From Sulfurospirillaceae bacterium (lineage in GTDB: Bacteria > Campylobacterota > Campylobacteria > Campylobacterales > Sulfurospirillaceae), in contig JAWVXD010000004.1 in the NCBI GenBank assembly GCA_033723415.1, forward strand, positions 1-64,000: a DNA stretch of 64,000 bases. Reading direction: 5' to 3'. The notes under the pieces were generated by a model, which worked only from the letters and a program-made list of their open reading frames with translations, was not told where the DNA came from and searched no databases. Made by a program: the position numbers and the translations under genes. This document shows, piece after piece, positions 53,880-64,000 of the stretch; position 1 is the stretch's first letter; every line of letters begins with the position of its first letter.

Positions 53880-55679
53880 ATGACTAAAGGCATCAAAAAC
53901 AAGCTACGGATCAATACACATATGATAGTAGCTTGTTTTGCTTTTGTAACTGTTGCCTTTCACATATATCTTATCTTCACGGGTCTTATGCCGAATCTGG
54001 TCAGCAGACCTATGCACCTTGCTCTGGTTTTACCTTGGGTGTTTTTGTTTAGAAAAGATGACAATATCTCAAAATTCACCAAATACTTTGGCTATGTTTT
54101 GTTGGCGGCGGCACTTTTTTCTTCTTTTTATATTTTATTGAATCACGCAGATCTCGAAGACCAATACGGCTCACTAGATGGACCTCTTCAATATTTTGTT
54201 GCGGTTACTCTGATAATAAGCGTTCTAGAGATGGCACGAAGAGCCATCAAACTTGCGCTTCCGCTCACTGCGATTATCGCTTTGGCTTATGGTTTGTTTG
54301 GGCATCTGATACCTGGTAACTTTGGTCACCAAAAAATACCGCTTGACAGCTTTCTCGGAACTCTGGTCATAGCGGAGGGAGGGATATACGGCAGTCTGAC
54401 CGGAATCTCGGTCAACGTTATCGCAGTATTTGTTATCTTGGGAGCATTTGTCGGAGTCGGAGAAGGAGGCAATGCCTTTATGGCACTCTCAACAAAACTT
54501 GCAGGAAAACTGCGAGGCGGAGCTGCTAAAGTTTCGATTTTGGCTTCTGCTTTTTTTGGCTCTATCTCCGGTTCCGCTTCGGCAAATGTTGCATCAACAG
54601 GAGCTTTCACTATCCCGACAATGAAAAGGTTGAACTATCCTCCATCTCTTGCAGCTGCCGTTGAAGCGGTAGCTAGCACAGGCGGACAGATCATGCCTCC
54701 ACTCATGGGAGCCGGAGCCTTTATCATGGCTGAGCTTCTTGGGGTAAAATACTCAGTTATTATGGCTGCAGCAATTTTCCCTGCACTTTTATTTTTTCTT
54801 ACTGTTTGGATCGGTATAGATATATTTGCTAAAAAATACAAACTAGAAGCAATGAAAGATGAAGAGATACCTACTTTAAGATTAGTTTTACAACTGGCTC
54901 CATTTTTCCTTATACCGTTCTCAGCTCTTTTGATCGAACTTTTAGTCATGAATAAAACCCCACAATATTCTGCAGCCATTGCGATCTTTATAACAATTTT
55001 CCTGCTTTTAGTTGATAGGAGCTGGAATGTCTCATTCAAAAACTGGTCGTTAAAATTTGTTCAAGGCTGTATCGAAGCTTCCAAGCAGATATCAGTGATC
55101 GCTTCGGTCATTATATGTGCAAGCATCATCATCGGAGTTTTAAACATAACCGGAGTGGGAGTAAAGATTACTTCTGAAATTCTGTTTTTATCCGGTGGAC
55201 AGCTCTGGCTTGCTCTCATCTTAACGGCTCTGGCCTGTTTAATACTCGGCATGGAAGTCCCGACAACAGCTGCATATATAATCTGTGTTTCGGTCGCAGG
55301 ACCAATTTTAGAGCAATATGGCCTATCACCGCTGCAAACTCATCTTTTTATCTTCTGGTTTGCACTTTTATCTACTATAACACCGCCGGTTTGCGGCACT
55401 GTGTTTATAGCTGCCGGAATAGCGCAAACAAATTGGCTACAGGTAGCTTCAAAAGCTATGCGTCTTGGAGTCGGTTTATATCTTATACCAATAGCATTTA
55501 TAGTCAATAAGCATCTCATATACCCTGAACAAAATTTGCTTTTGGCCGGCTTGGACTTTATCAAGATCACAATAGGATTAATCTTTATATCATCAGGTTT
55601 GGTCAACGAAACAAGATCAAAGATCATAAGATTTTTCATATTTCTAATCGGTCTATCCATAATCTTACTTCCTCTTTAA
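53880..55679 (+). CDS. TRAP transporter fused permease (4TM/12TM)
   Basis: GSISGSASANV.STG.FTIP, ASTGGQIMPPLMGA.AF, ITPPV. Confidence 0.92.
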   Translation: MTKGIKNKLRINTHMIVACFAFVTVAFHIYLIFTGLMPNLVSRPMHLALVLPWVFLFRKDDNISKFTKYFGYVLLAAALFSSFYILLNHADLEDQYGSLDGPLQYFVAVTLIISVLEMARRAIKLALPLTAIIALAYGLFGHLIPGNFGHQKIPLDSFLGTLVIAEGGIYGSLTGISVNVIAVFVILGAFVGVGEGGNAFMALSTKLAGKLRGGAAKVSILASAFFGSISGSASANVASTGAFTIPTMKRLNYPPSLAAAVEAVASTGGQIMPPLMGAGAFIMAELLGVKYSVIMAAAIFPALLFFLTVWIGIDIFAKKYKLEAMKDEEIPTLRLVLQLAPFFLIPFSALLIELLVMNKTPQYSAAIAIFITIFLLLVDRSWNVSFKNWSLKFVQGCIEASKQISVIASVIICASIIIGVLNITGVGVKITSEILFLSGGQLWLALILTALACLILGMEVPTTAAYIICVSVAGPILEQYGLSPLQTHLFIFWFALLSTITPPVCGTVFIAAGIAQTNWLQVASKAMRLGVGLYLIPIAFIVNKHLIYPEQNLLLAGLDFIKITIGLIFISSGLVNETRSKIIRFFIFLIGLSIILLPL

Positions 55680-55742
55680 CAAATAAGTTCAATTTTAGTG
55701 ATATAATAGTTACTTGTTTCAATATTACACAAGGAGACTATC

Positions 55743-56480
55743 ATGAAAGGGTTCTTGAGTTTTTTATTTTTATTGGCTTGCACTTCCAGCATCAGTGCAA
55801 TGGGAAAATTTGTAACATATAACGTAGATGACAAAGAGTATGAGGGTTATTATATAACGCCTTCAAAAAATGCACCATTAGTCATCATCATACATGACTG
55901 GGATGGCTTAAACGATTATGAGATAAAAAGAGCAAAAATGTTAAATGATTTGGGATATGCTGCATTTGCAATAGATCTTTACGGTAAAGGGGTCAAGCCA
56001 AAAACAGTAGAAGAGAAGAAAAATCTTACAGGTGCTCTTTATAAAGATAGAGCAAAGATGCGTAAACTGCTAGCAGCAGGATATCAAGCAGCAAAAGGGC
56101 AAGGTGCCAATGTAGATAATGCTGTAGGTATCGGTTACTGTTTTGGTGGAGCAGCCCTGTTAGAGATGGCTAGAATGGGGATAGATCTAAAAGGCTTTGC
56201 AAGTTTTCACGGAGGTCTGGATACTCCAAAAGGTGAAAATTACGACAAGACCAAAGGCAAGATCATCATATTTCATGGCGGAGCCGATACAAATGTGGGG
56301 ATGGAATCTTTTGTTAATCTGCAAAAAGAGTTAGAAAAAACAAAGCTGGATTATGAGATGATCGTTTATAGCCATGCAGTTCACGCGTTTACGGTATTTG
56401 ATACGGATAGATACAATGAAAAAGCAGACAAAAAATCTTGGACTAGATTTATCGAATTTTTAAAAGAGACTCTCAATTAA
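55743..56480 (+). CDS. Dienelactone hydrolase family protein, exported
   Basis: HDWDG, GYCFGG nucleophile motif, HAFT; signal peptide; TGATATAAT at 55699-55707. Confidence 0.92.
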   Translation: MKGFLSFLFLLACTSSISAMGKFVTYNVDDKEYEGYYITPSKNAPLVIIIHDWDGLNDYEIKRAKMLNDLGYAAFAIDLYGKGVKPKTVEEKKNLTGALYKDRAKMRKLLAAGYQAAKGQGANVDNAVGIGYCFGGAALLEMARMGIDLKGFASFHGGLDTPKGENYDKTKGKIIIFHGGADTNVGMESFVNLQKELEKTKLDYEMIVYSHAVHAFTVFDTDRYNEKADKKSWTRFIEFLKETLN

Positions 56481-56485
56481 CCTCA

Positions 56486-58150
56486 TCAGGTTGTAAAATT
56501 ATTGAGTTTCTCATTTAAGTCTTTGGCAGATTTAAATAGATTTTGATTGATCTGTATTAATTCTGCCATTCCTTCATCATTGTCTTTTGTAATTTTATTG
56601 AGCAGGTCGATCTGCTTGAGTATATTACCGTTAAAAGTCAATATGTCATGAGAGTTATTCACGCTTTGTTTCGTCAATAAATTTGTTCGCTCTATAGATT
56701 CTACGCTTTGATTGATATTGTTTTCAACATTTTTTGATATTTGAGATAGATTTTCTATATTTTTAGTATTATTATGCATTTGATCGCCTACTTGACTCAC
56801 AGATTGAGAAATGATGTTGATCGTAACATCTATCTCGGACAAACTTTTTTGTGTTCGATCAGCCAATTTTCTTACCTCATCGGCAACAACGGCAAACCCC
56901 CTTCCGTGTTCTCCTGCACGAGCGGCTTCAATTGCTGCATTTAAGGCGAGTAAATTTGTCTGATCGGCTATGTCTGCGATAATGGTCAGTATATTTTTTA
57001 TCTGTTGTGTTTGTGAAGTAAGCTGATTTAATTTTGCGTTTAATTCACTCTCCAATTCGACACTGTGATCTACACCCTCGATAAGATGGACAATATATTC
57101 TCTTGCATCTAAAAGTTTTGCATTGGTTTCTTGCATATTTGTTTGTGTTTGGTCAAAATTTTTTGAAGTCGTCTCTATGATATCTTGTATGGCGTGAATC
57201 TGTTCTTTGGTTTTCTTGGCTATTTTAAATTCGTCATTTACATGATCTTTTATATTGGTGACTATCTCATTCATCTTTTGTGCATTATTTTGATTTACGC
57301 TTGAGACTTTTTTTGTTTCTAAAACGGTAGTTCTTAGTTTTGATATAAATTGGTTTAGACTTTGAGCCATGACTCCAGTCTCATCACGATTTGCCACGTA
57401 GATTACTTTCGTTAGGTTATTATGTTCCTTAGAAACGATATCTGTCATACTTAAAACCGAGGAAGTTGTTTGTTTTATTATAAGATATATATTTATACCT
57501 GAAATTATTAATCCTACAATACCTACAGTTATGTTTTTCACGACTACTTCACTGATTGATATATCCGAGTTTAAAAGCGACATTGCGATGCTAAAGAGCA
57601 TGATCAACGTAATATTTCCGAGAATCGTACTAAAGATAGATAAAATCATCTTTTTCCCAAAAGACAGAAACGGATATCTTGCAGACAATTCAATTTTTTC
57701 TGTCCATTTTTCCAAGTCATTTACAAAAATTATAAACACCGGTATAACAAACAATAAGATCAAAGGAATAGTAAAAAACTGTGCCAATAAAAATTTTTCA
57801 GTCGTAACAAAATCAAAGTTCACGATCACGCATAAAGGACCAAGTGTGCTATACAAAAATTCTACTAAAATGAACAATATGGGAAGATTGGAGATAGTCT
57901 TGTTGATATCATCTGATGATTTTATATGCTCTACAGCGTATTCAATGCTTTTAAATTTTTGATTGAAGAAATACACGGCGCCTGAAGTAACAACTAAAAC
58001 ATAAATTATCATTTGTATAGATGTCACAATAGTAATAATCTGCTCGATGCTAAATACATTTGAATAATAAACTATTAAAACCCAAGCAAAAGGAGGAATC
58101 ATAAATCCACTAATCAATAACAGTAAAAACTTTACACGAAACTTCATCAT
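56486..58150 (-). CDS. Methyl-accepting chemotaxis protein with multi-TM N-terminus
   Basis: [41 protein letters not shown]-like DE.G; ~6 hydrophobic segments. Confidence 0.93.
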   Translation of the reverse strand: MMKFRVKFLLLLISGFMIPPFAWVLIVYYSNVFSIEQIITIVTSIQMIIYVLVVTSGAVYFFNQKFKSIEYAVEHIKSSDDINKTISNLPILFILVEFLYSTLGPLCVIVNFDFVTTEKFLLAQFFTIPLILLFVIPVFIIFVNDLEKWTEKIELSARYPFLSFGKKMILSIFSTILGNITLIMLFSIAMSLLNSDISISEVVVKNITVGIVGLIISGINIYLIIKQTTSSVLSMTDIVSKEHNNLTKVIYVANRDETGVMAQSLNQFISKLRTTVLETKKVSSVNQNNAQKMNEIVTNIKDHVNDEFKIAKKTKEQIHAIQDIIETTSKNFDQTQTNMQETNAKLLDAREYIVHLIEGVDHSVELESELNAKLNQLTSQTQQIKNILTIIADIADQTNLLALNAAIEAARAGEHGRGFAVVADEVRKLADRTQKSLSEIDVTINIISQSVSQVGDQMHNNTKNIENLSQISKNVENNINQSVESIERTNLLTKQSVNNSHDILTFNGNILKQIDLLNKITKDNDEGMAELIQINQNLFKSAKDLNEKLNNFTT

Positions 58151-58189
58151 CTACCCGATATTTTACGATTTCCCTATCAAAATATTTTT

Positions 58190-59266
58190 CTACTCAATAT
58201 ACAATTTTTTAATATTTTGAATGTTTGAGCTCATATTTAAAAGAAGCATATCGACCATTACGATCGCCGCCATCGCTTCTGCTACCACACTGCCTCTTAT
58301 TGCGATACAAGGGTCATGTCTACCCTTAAGAGAGCAGATTTGTTCTTCGCCTTGGATATCTACGGTTTTTTGATCTAAAAAGATCGAGGGTGTCGGTTTA
58401 AAATAGATCTTGACATTGATATCATCACCGTTTGAAATTCCACCAAGAATGCCACCGCTTCTGTTGCTTAAAAAGCCTTCTTTTGACATTTCATCATTAT
58501 TGACAGATCCCACCGCACCTGATGATTCTATGCCATCTCCGATTTCGACGGCTTTAACGCCGTTGATGCTCATCATGGCAGAAGCCAAAGTAGAATCCAG
58601 TTTATAATAAATAGGCTCACCCAATCCTGCAGGAGCATTTTTTATGTTTACGAGAGCGACACCGCCTACCGAGTCATGTGAGTTTTTAGCCTTAAGAATG
58701 ATGTTTTTCCACTCATCTTCTTTGTCAGCATTTAGTGCAAATATCTCACTATTCTTGGCAAAGGAAAAATCATATTTATCTGTTGTCACTCCACCGATAG
58801 AGCAGATACCGCTACTCACCTCTATGCCTAACTCTCGCAGAATAAGTTTTGCAACTGCACCTGCAGCTACTCTTGAAGCTGTTTCTCTCGCACTGCTTCG
58901 TCCTCCGCCTCTATAGTCTCTGATACCGTATTTTTTATAGTACGTAAAATCCGCATGACTTGGACGAAATAGATCTTTTACATTTGTATAATCTTTACTT
59001 TTTTGATCTTCGTTGTAAATGATCAACTCGATTGGAGTTCCAGTACTCTTTCCTTCAAAAATTCCGCTTATAATCTCAACTTTGTCGCCTTCTTTTCTCT
59101 GTGTAGAAAATTTGTTTGATCCTGGTTTGCGCTTATCTAGTTCGCCTTGTATAAAATCCATATCAATATCAATACCGGCAGGCATGCCATCTATCAAACA
59201 CCCTATAGCCTTTCCATGTGATTCACCGAAGGTGCTAAATGAAAATCGTATACCAAATTTATTCAT
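58190..59266 (-). CDS. aroC: Chorismate synthase
   Basis: TFGESHG, RGGGRSSARET, GRHDPC. Confidence 0.98.
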   Translation of the reverse strand: MNKFGIRFSFSTFGESHGKAIGCLIDGMPAGIDIDMDFIQGELDKRKPGSNKFSTQRKEGDKVEIISGIFEGKSTGTPIELIIYNEDQKSKDYTNVKDLFRPSHADFTYYKKYGIRDYRGGGRSSARETASRVAAGAVAKLILRELGIEVSSGICSIGGVTTDKYDFSFAKNSEIFALNADKEDEWKNIILKAKNSHDSVGGVALVNIKNAPAGLGEPIYYKLDSTLASAMMSINGVKAVEIGDGIESSGAVGSVNNDEMSKEGFLSNRSGGILGGISNGDDINVKIYFKPTPSIFLDQKTVDIQGEEQICSLKGRHDPCIAIRGSVVAEAMAAIVMVDMLLLNMSSNIQNIKKLYIE

Positions 59267-59299
59267 ATTAACTGTCTCCTTTTTGCCGTATACAAAATT

Positions 59300-59989
59300 T
59301 CATATGGCTTCTTTTCTGAGTATTTCCAATGCCAACTCTGCCGAAGCTTGTTGTGCCCATTTTTTACTTTTCCCTTTTGCTCTTGAGATTTCTTTACCCT
59401 GAACGATAACAGCCATCTCAAACTCTTTTTTATGATCCGGTCCATATGAATGAATGAGTCTGTATTCGGGTGTTTCACCAAATTTGGCTTGTGTAAATTC
59501 TTGTAAAGTAGTTTTATAATCTCTAAAAACGGCTTCCATATCAATTTTCGGATATGCCTCATTTAGCAACTCAATTGATATCTCTTTCGCCTTTTCCAAA
59601 CCTGCTTCAAGATAGAGTGCTCCGATCAGTGCTTCAAAAGCATTTGAGAGAAGAGATGATTTTTCTCTTCCTTTATTGTTCTCTTCAGCCAATGAAATAT
59701 ATATATGTTCCCCGAGATTTAGTATCTCTGCCAGTTTTTGAAAACTTTTTTCATTGACCAAGGATGCTCTAAGTTTTGAGAGTTCTCCCTCTGCAACTTT
59801 TGGGAATTTGTGGAATAAGAATTCACCTATGATTAGATCCAAAACAGCATCGCCTAAAAATTCCAATCTTTCATTGTTATATGACTGTTTATAGCTTTTA
59901 TGAGTAAGTGCCTTGATTATCAGATTCTCATCTTTAAACTGATAACCCAAACGCTTTTGCAATATTTTCAATTTCCGATGCACTAACAT
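59300..59989 (-). CDS. rnc: Ribonuclease III
   Basis: [12 protein letters not shown], dsRBD with GPDH. Confidence 0.98.
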   Translation of the reverse strand: MLVHRKLKILQKRLGYQFKDENLIIKALTHKSYKQSYNNERLEFLGDAVLDLIIGEFLFHKFPKVAEGELSKLRASLVNEKSFQKLAEILNLGEHIYISLAEENNKGREKSSLLSNAFEALIGALYLEAGLEKAKEISIELLNEAYPKIDMEAVFRDYKTTLQEFTQAKFGETPEYRLIHSYGPDHKKEFEMAVIVQGKEISRAKGKSKKWAQQASAELALEILRKEAI

Positions 59990-60015
59990 ATACCTCCTCT
60001 TTCCAAATTAATCCC

Positions 60016-60438
60016 TCACCTTAATCCCTCTGCTTCTTCTTTGGCAATCAAATCACATTTTTCATTTTCCGGATGTCCGTCATGCCCTTTGACCCATTTT
60101 GCCGTTATTTTATGTACTTTTGAAACTTCAACATACTCTTTCCATAAATCAGGATTTTTTATTTTCTTAAAGTCTCTTTTCTTCCAATTTTCCAACCATT
60201 CGTTAATCCCCTTAACTACATATGTAGAATCACTGGTAATCTCAACTTCACAGGGACTTTTCAATGCTTTCAGCCCTTCTATGACGGCTTTTAGCTCCAT
60301 TTGGTTGTTTGTAGCTAATTTTTGTCCTCCTTTGATAATCTTTTCATGATCGTTAAATCTCAAGATAGCACAATAACCTCCCTCCCCCGGATTTCCAAGA
60401 GAAGATCCATCAGAGAAAAGATATATTTTCTTCATCAT
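60016..60438 (-). CDS. rnhA: Ribonuclease HI
   Basis: SDGSSLGNPG.GG, TNNQMEL, WVKGH.GHPENE.CD. Confidence 0.97.
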   Translation of the reverse strand: MMKKIYLFSDGSSLGNPGEGGYCAILRFNDHEKIIKGGQKLATNNQMELKAVIEGLKALKSPCEVEITSDSTYVVKGINEWLENWKKRDFKKIKNPDLWKEYVEVSKVHKITAKWVKGHDGHPENEKCDLIAKEEAEGLR

Positions 60439-61453
60439 TTGCCTTAATTATTGAACTTTGTATCTTTGCCGTTGCTATTGATTGGCAATTTGGACATCTG
60501 TAAAAATAGATAGGGAACACATTTTTACATTCAATGCACATGTAGTGAAAACTAAGATCCGCTTTTACTACTTTGTCTTTTTGTAAAATACCTAAAACTT
60601 CTAATTCAAAAGATGGATTTTCAGATTTTTTAAATTCGATAAAACCTTTTGCCATAGCGATTTGCTGCAACATATCATCATCATATTGGGAGAGATCGAT
60701 CCATTTTTGATCTGCATTCCAAAGTAAATCTATAAGATTTTTATATTCAAATTTTTGAAAATCCTCATCTGCAATTTTTATATTGTTCTGCTGTAAAAAC
60801 TCAAAATATTTTCTTTGTAAAAAATCTTCTTTTTCAGAAAGCTTTTTTAATTTATTTGCTTTTTGAACATTACTGAGTTTGGAATCACCATTGACCTGCA
60901 AAGACAATATATAACTTCTTTGTTTGCTTACTTTTGCTCCTAATTCTTCAAGAGCATCTAAGACTTCTATGGCTTTTTTGTATTCTTTTAATTTTTCATA
61001 TACTACGGTTAAATATTTCAGAGATTCTTCATTTCTTGGATGTAGTCTGAGAGACTCTAAAAACACTTCTGCACTTCTGCTTAAGAAGCCTGCCTTAAAA
61101 TAAGTCTTACCGAGTACTGAGAGTATATACTGTTTTTTATCTCTGTCTTTGACTCTTTTTAGTGCGACAAGATAGATATTTATAGATTTTTCATAATCTC
61201 CGCCTTTACCGTAGGCATCGGCTAAAAGTGCCAACGATTCCACAGGAATCGCAGAATCCTGCAAAAGTTTTTTGTACTCTTTTTCGTCACTTATAATTTC
61301 GAACTTTTTAACAAATTTTTCTATACTGTCTTTTTCTTCTTTACTCTTAAAGACTCCCCACCAGTAATTTGCAAACGAGATGATAAAAACGATAGAAAAA
61401 AGTATGATTATCCCAAACATAGGATCTCTGTATTCAATGAAAAAACTGTTCAA
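60410..61453 (-). CDS. TPR protein with N-terminal TM and C-terminal rubredoxin-like Cys motif (LapB-like)
   Basis: TM, TPRs (LGKTYFKAG), CIEC...CPNC. Confidence 0.75.
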   Translation of the reverse strand: MNSFFIEYRDPMFGIIILFSIVFIISFANYWWGVFKSKEEKDSIEKFVKKFEIISDEKEYKKLLQDSAIPVESLALLADAYGKGGDYEKSINIYLVALKRVKDRDKKQYILSVLGKTYFKAGFLSRSAEVFLESLRLHPRNEESLKYLTVVYEKLKEYKKAIEVLDALEELGAKVSKQRSYILSLQVNGDSKLSNVQKANKLKKLSEKEDFLQRKYFEFLQQNNIKIADEDFQKFEYKNLIDLLWNADQKWIDLSQYDDDMLQQIAMAKGFIEFKKSENPSFELEVLGILQKDKVVKADLSFHYMCIECKNVFPIYFYRCPNCQSIATAKIQSSIIKANDEENISFL

Positions 61454-61482
61454 GACAAAACCTTGCTTTTTTAAAATAGGAC

Positions 61483-61514
61483 ATTATACCAAATAAGTTT
61501 TTAAATGCTATAAT
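61483..61514. promoter_or_regulatory. Back-to-back divergent extended -10 promoters
   Basis: TGGTATAAT on minus (61491-61483), TGCTATAAT on plus (61506-61514). Confidence 0.65.
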
Positions 61515-61520
61515 TTGAGA

Positions 61521-63167
61521 ATGATAGATAACCAATCAATAGAAAATTTAAAACAAAGAATCGATATCGTAGAAGTTGTCGGCAATTATTTAGAGTTGAA
61601 AAAAAACGGTGCAAACTACAAATGTGTGTGCCCTTTTCATAATGATTCTAACCCTAGTTTAGTAGTCAGTCCATCAAAACAAATTTATCATTGTTTTAGC
61701 TGTCAAGCAGGTGGTGATGCTATAAAATTTGTTATAGAATATGAAAAGATCAACTACCCTGAAGCAATAGAAAAATTAGCCAATATGTACAATTTTTCGC
61801 TCACATATACGAATGAGGGCAAAAAAACAGAAGACAGTAAGCTTATGGAAAACCTTACTGTGTTTTTTAGACAAAATCTTGATAAGAATAGTTTTGCAAA
61901 AGATTACTTATACGGCAGAGGCATAAAAGAATCGACAATCGAAAAATTTGAATTAGGCTTTGCCGGAAGCTCTTTTGAAACACTGAATTTTTTAAAAAAT
62001 TACGGACACAGTATAGATGAGGCAAAAGAGTACGGAGTAGCCGATTTTTCACAAAACGGGGGAAATCCATACTGCAGATTCGTGGATAGGATAATATTTC
62101 CGATAAGATCAAAAAATGGGAAATTTGTAGGATTTGGAGGTCGTACCATAACCAATCATCCTGCAAAATACATCAATTCTCCACAAACAAAATATTTTAA
62201 CAAATCAAGACTTCTATATGGTTATTATTTTGCAAAAGACAGTATCTTTAAAAACAAAAAGATCATCATAACAGAGGGCTATTTAGACGTCGTCATGTTG
62301 CATCAAGCAGGCTTTGAAAATGCAGTAGCCACGCTTGGAACGGCTCTCACTGAAGAGCATCTTCCACTTATCTCAAAACTGGAACCTGAGATCATTTTGG
62401 CATATGATGGAGATGAAGCAGGGATAAACGCTGCTCTGAAAGCATCTATATTATTGAGTCGCCACTCTTTCAAGGGAGGAGTGATACTATTTGGTGAAGG
62501 CTTGGACCCTGCCGATATGGTTAAAAATGGACAATCGGATAAACTCAACAGACTATTTTCACAAGCTCAGCCTTTTGTTGAATTCGCAATAGAGAGGATC
62601 ATAAAAAAATATAATCTAAATGATGCCTTAGAAAAAGAAAAAGCCCTCAATGAAGGAACAAGCTATCTTCAAACTCTTCCTCAGTCGCTTCAAGAAAGTT
62701 TCAAAGGAAAATTAAGTGGAGCTTTAAACCTACCGGCACACTTAGTAAAGATAAAAAGAAGCAAAACCGTAAAACAAAACAAAGAGTCTTTTGAAGATTT
62801 TTTAGAATTGACTATCATCAAGACCATACTTCACAAGCCTTCTCTGATAGACACTATATTAGACACTATAGATATAGTGATGTTTAAGACACACAATATA
62901 GAGTTTAAACTTCTCTTGGAAAATAATCTAGAAGATCCAAAATTGAGAAGAATCGAGCTTTGGGATGATATAAAAATTTATGAAGAAAAAGATCTTTTTT
63001 CTGCTATGATTACGTTTTTGATTCGATTTTACAATGAGAAACTGCAAAATGTCAAAAGAGACAACCTCTTAAACTATCAAGAAAAACAGTTTCATATAAG
63101 ATCAATTCAAGAAAAAATATTTAAATTAAAAAAAGGCGAATTAGTCGCGTATGAAGAGGATTTTTGA
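61521..63167 (+). CDS. dnaG: DNA primase
   Basis: CPFH..HCFSC zinc finger, FGGR, KYINSP, EGYLDV, YDGD.AG. Confidence 0.98.
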   Translation: MIDNQSIENLKQRIDIVEVVGNYLELKKNGANYKCVCPFHNDSNPSLVVSPSKQIYHCFSCQAGGDAIKFVIEYEKINYPEAIEKLANMYNFSLTYTNEGKKTEDSKLMENLTVFFRQNLDKNSFAKDYLYGRGIKESTIEKFELGFAGSSFETLNFLKNYGHSIDEAKEYGVADFSQNGGNPYCRFVDRIIFPIRSKNGKFVGFGGRTITNHPAKYINSPQTKYFNKSRLLYGYYFAKDSIFKNKKIIITEGYLDVVMLHQAGFENAVATLGTALTEEHLPLISKLEPEIILAYDGDEAGINAALKASILLSRHSFKGGVILFGEGLDPADMVKNGQSDKLNRLFSQAQPFVEFAIERIIKKYNLNDALEKEKALNEGTSYLQTLPQSLQESFKGKLSGALNLPAHLVKIKRSKTVKQNKESFEDFLELTIIKTILHKPSLIDTILDTIDIVMFKTHNIEFKLLLENNLEDPKLRRIELWDDIKIYEEKDLFSAMITFLIRFYNEKLQNVKRDNLLNYQEKQFHIRSIQEKIFKLKKGELVAYEEDF

Positions 63168-63170
63168 GAT

Positions 63171-64000
63171 ATGAGATGTTTGGCACTTTTTAGCGGCGGA
63201 TTAGACAGCATGCTTTCGATCAAATTAATGACCATGCAAGGTATCGAAGTCATAGCATTAAATATGAACATAGGATTTGGTTCAAAAACAGATATTAGCG
63301 AAACCATGAGAAGAAGAGCAGCGATCGCAGGAGCAGATTTTAGAGTAATTGACGTCAGAGAAAATTACATAAAAGATGTACTTTTTAGCCCTAAATACGG
63401 TTACGGCAAAAATTTCAATCCCTGCATCGACTGCCATGGTTTTATGTTCAGGACTGCAAAAAGTTTATTAAAAGAATATGACGCATCATTTTTAATAACA
63501 GGCGAAGTATTGGGTCAGCGACCTATGAGCCAAAGAGCAAATGCTATAAAATCCGTAACAAAACTTTCAGGCGATGAAGAGAACTTGATACTTAGACCCT
63601 TATGTGCAAAATTGATGCAACCTACCAAACCGGAACTTGAAGGGTGGGTTGATAGAGAAAAGCTTTATGGCATAAGCGGACGTAGCAGAGACACTCAGCT
63701 TGCACTGGCTCAAAGTTTCGGCTGGGATGATTTTGAAAAACCTGGCGGAGGTTGTTTGCTTACTGACGTAAACTTCACCAAGAAAATGAGAGATTTTATA
63801 AAATTTGATAATTTAGAAGTTGACGATATCAATGTTTTAAAAAACGGCAGACAGTTAAGATTGCCTGAGGATTCAAAACTTATCATAGGCAGAGATGAAG
63901 CAGAAAACGAGAGAATTGAAAAAATAAAAACCGATAAATATCTGTTTATAAAAGCAAAAGATATACCTGGTCCTTCAGCACTTCTAAGAGCTACTGCTTC
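63171..64000 (+). CDS. PP-loop tRNA thiolation-type protein (ThiI/MnmA-like), truncated by window end
   Basis: Manual translation MRCLALFSGGLDS..., YGKNFNPCIDCH, TGEVLGQRPMSQ, PGGGCLLT. Confidence 0.85.
   Translation, partial: MRCLALFSGGLDSMLSIKLMTMQGIEVIALNMNIGFGSKTDISETMRRRAAIAGADFRVIDVRENYIKDVLFSPKYGYGKNFNPCIDCHGFMFRTAKSLLKEYDASFLITGEVLGQRPMSQRANAIKSVTKLSGDEENLILRPLCAKLMQPTKPELEGWVDREKLYGISGRSRDTQLALAQSFGWDDFEKPGGGCLLTDVNFTKKMRDFIKFDNLEVDDINVLKNGRQLRLPEDSKLIIGRDEAENERIEKIKTDKYLFIKAKDIPGPSALLRATA

Noticed and set aside
54326..55660. Series of minus-strand ORFs in the TRAP permease
   Set aside because: Antisense shadows of a hydrophobic, relatively GC-rich gene

Overview
AT-rich core-chromosome segment of a Campylobacterota (Epsilonproteobacteria) bacterium, Sulfurospirillum-like by gene order and protein style (inference). 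Positions ~170-45000 are almost all minus-strand housekeeping genes: rplM-rpsI, addAB, cbb3 oxidase ccoNOQP with downstream small membrane proteins and FixH, a PAS two-component system, carA, purA/hisZ, tkt/ispA, panD/murE, and the S10-spc-alpha ribosomal protein cluster (no rpmD or adk). Positions 45139-56480 are plus-strand: an AAA ATPase, an accessory six-gene Ugp-like ABC operon bracketed by a GpdQ-like phosphodiesterase and a NagD-like HAD phosphatase, rnhB, a TAXI-TRAP transporter and a dienelactone hydrolase. The window ends with an MCP, aroC-rnc-rnhA, a LapB-like TPR gene, dnaG and a truncated PP-loop tRNA-modification gene. I saw no rRNA, tRNA, CRISPR, IS or prophage, and no large novel multi-gene machine. 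The best leads are mostly non-coding: a candidate ~80-nt sRNA at the window start, two near-identical Pho-box-like promoters in the phosphate-ester island, a gene that seems to need an ATA start codon, several structured RNA leaders in the ribosomal operon (one with pseudoknot potential), two apparently leaderless genes, and a 33-aa ORF missed by the ORF track. All calls come from reading the sequence; no searches were run.
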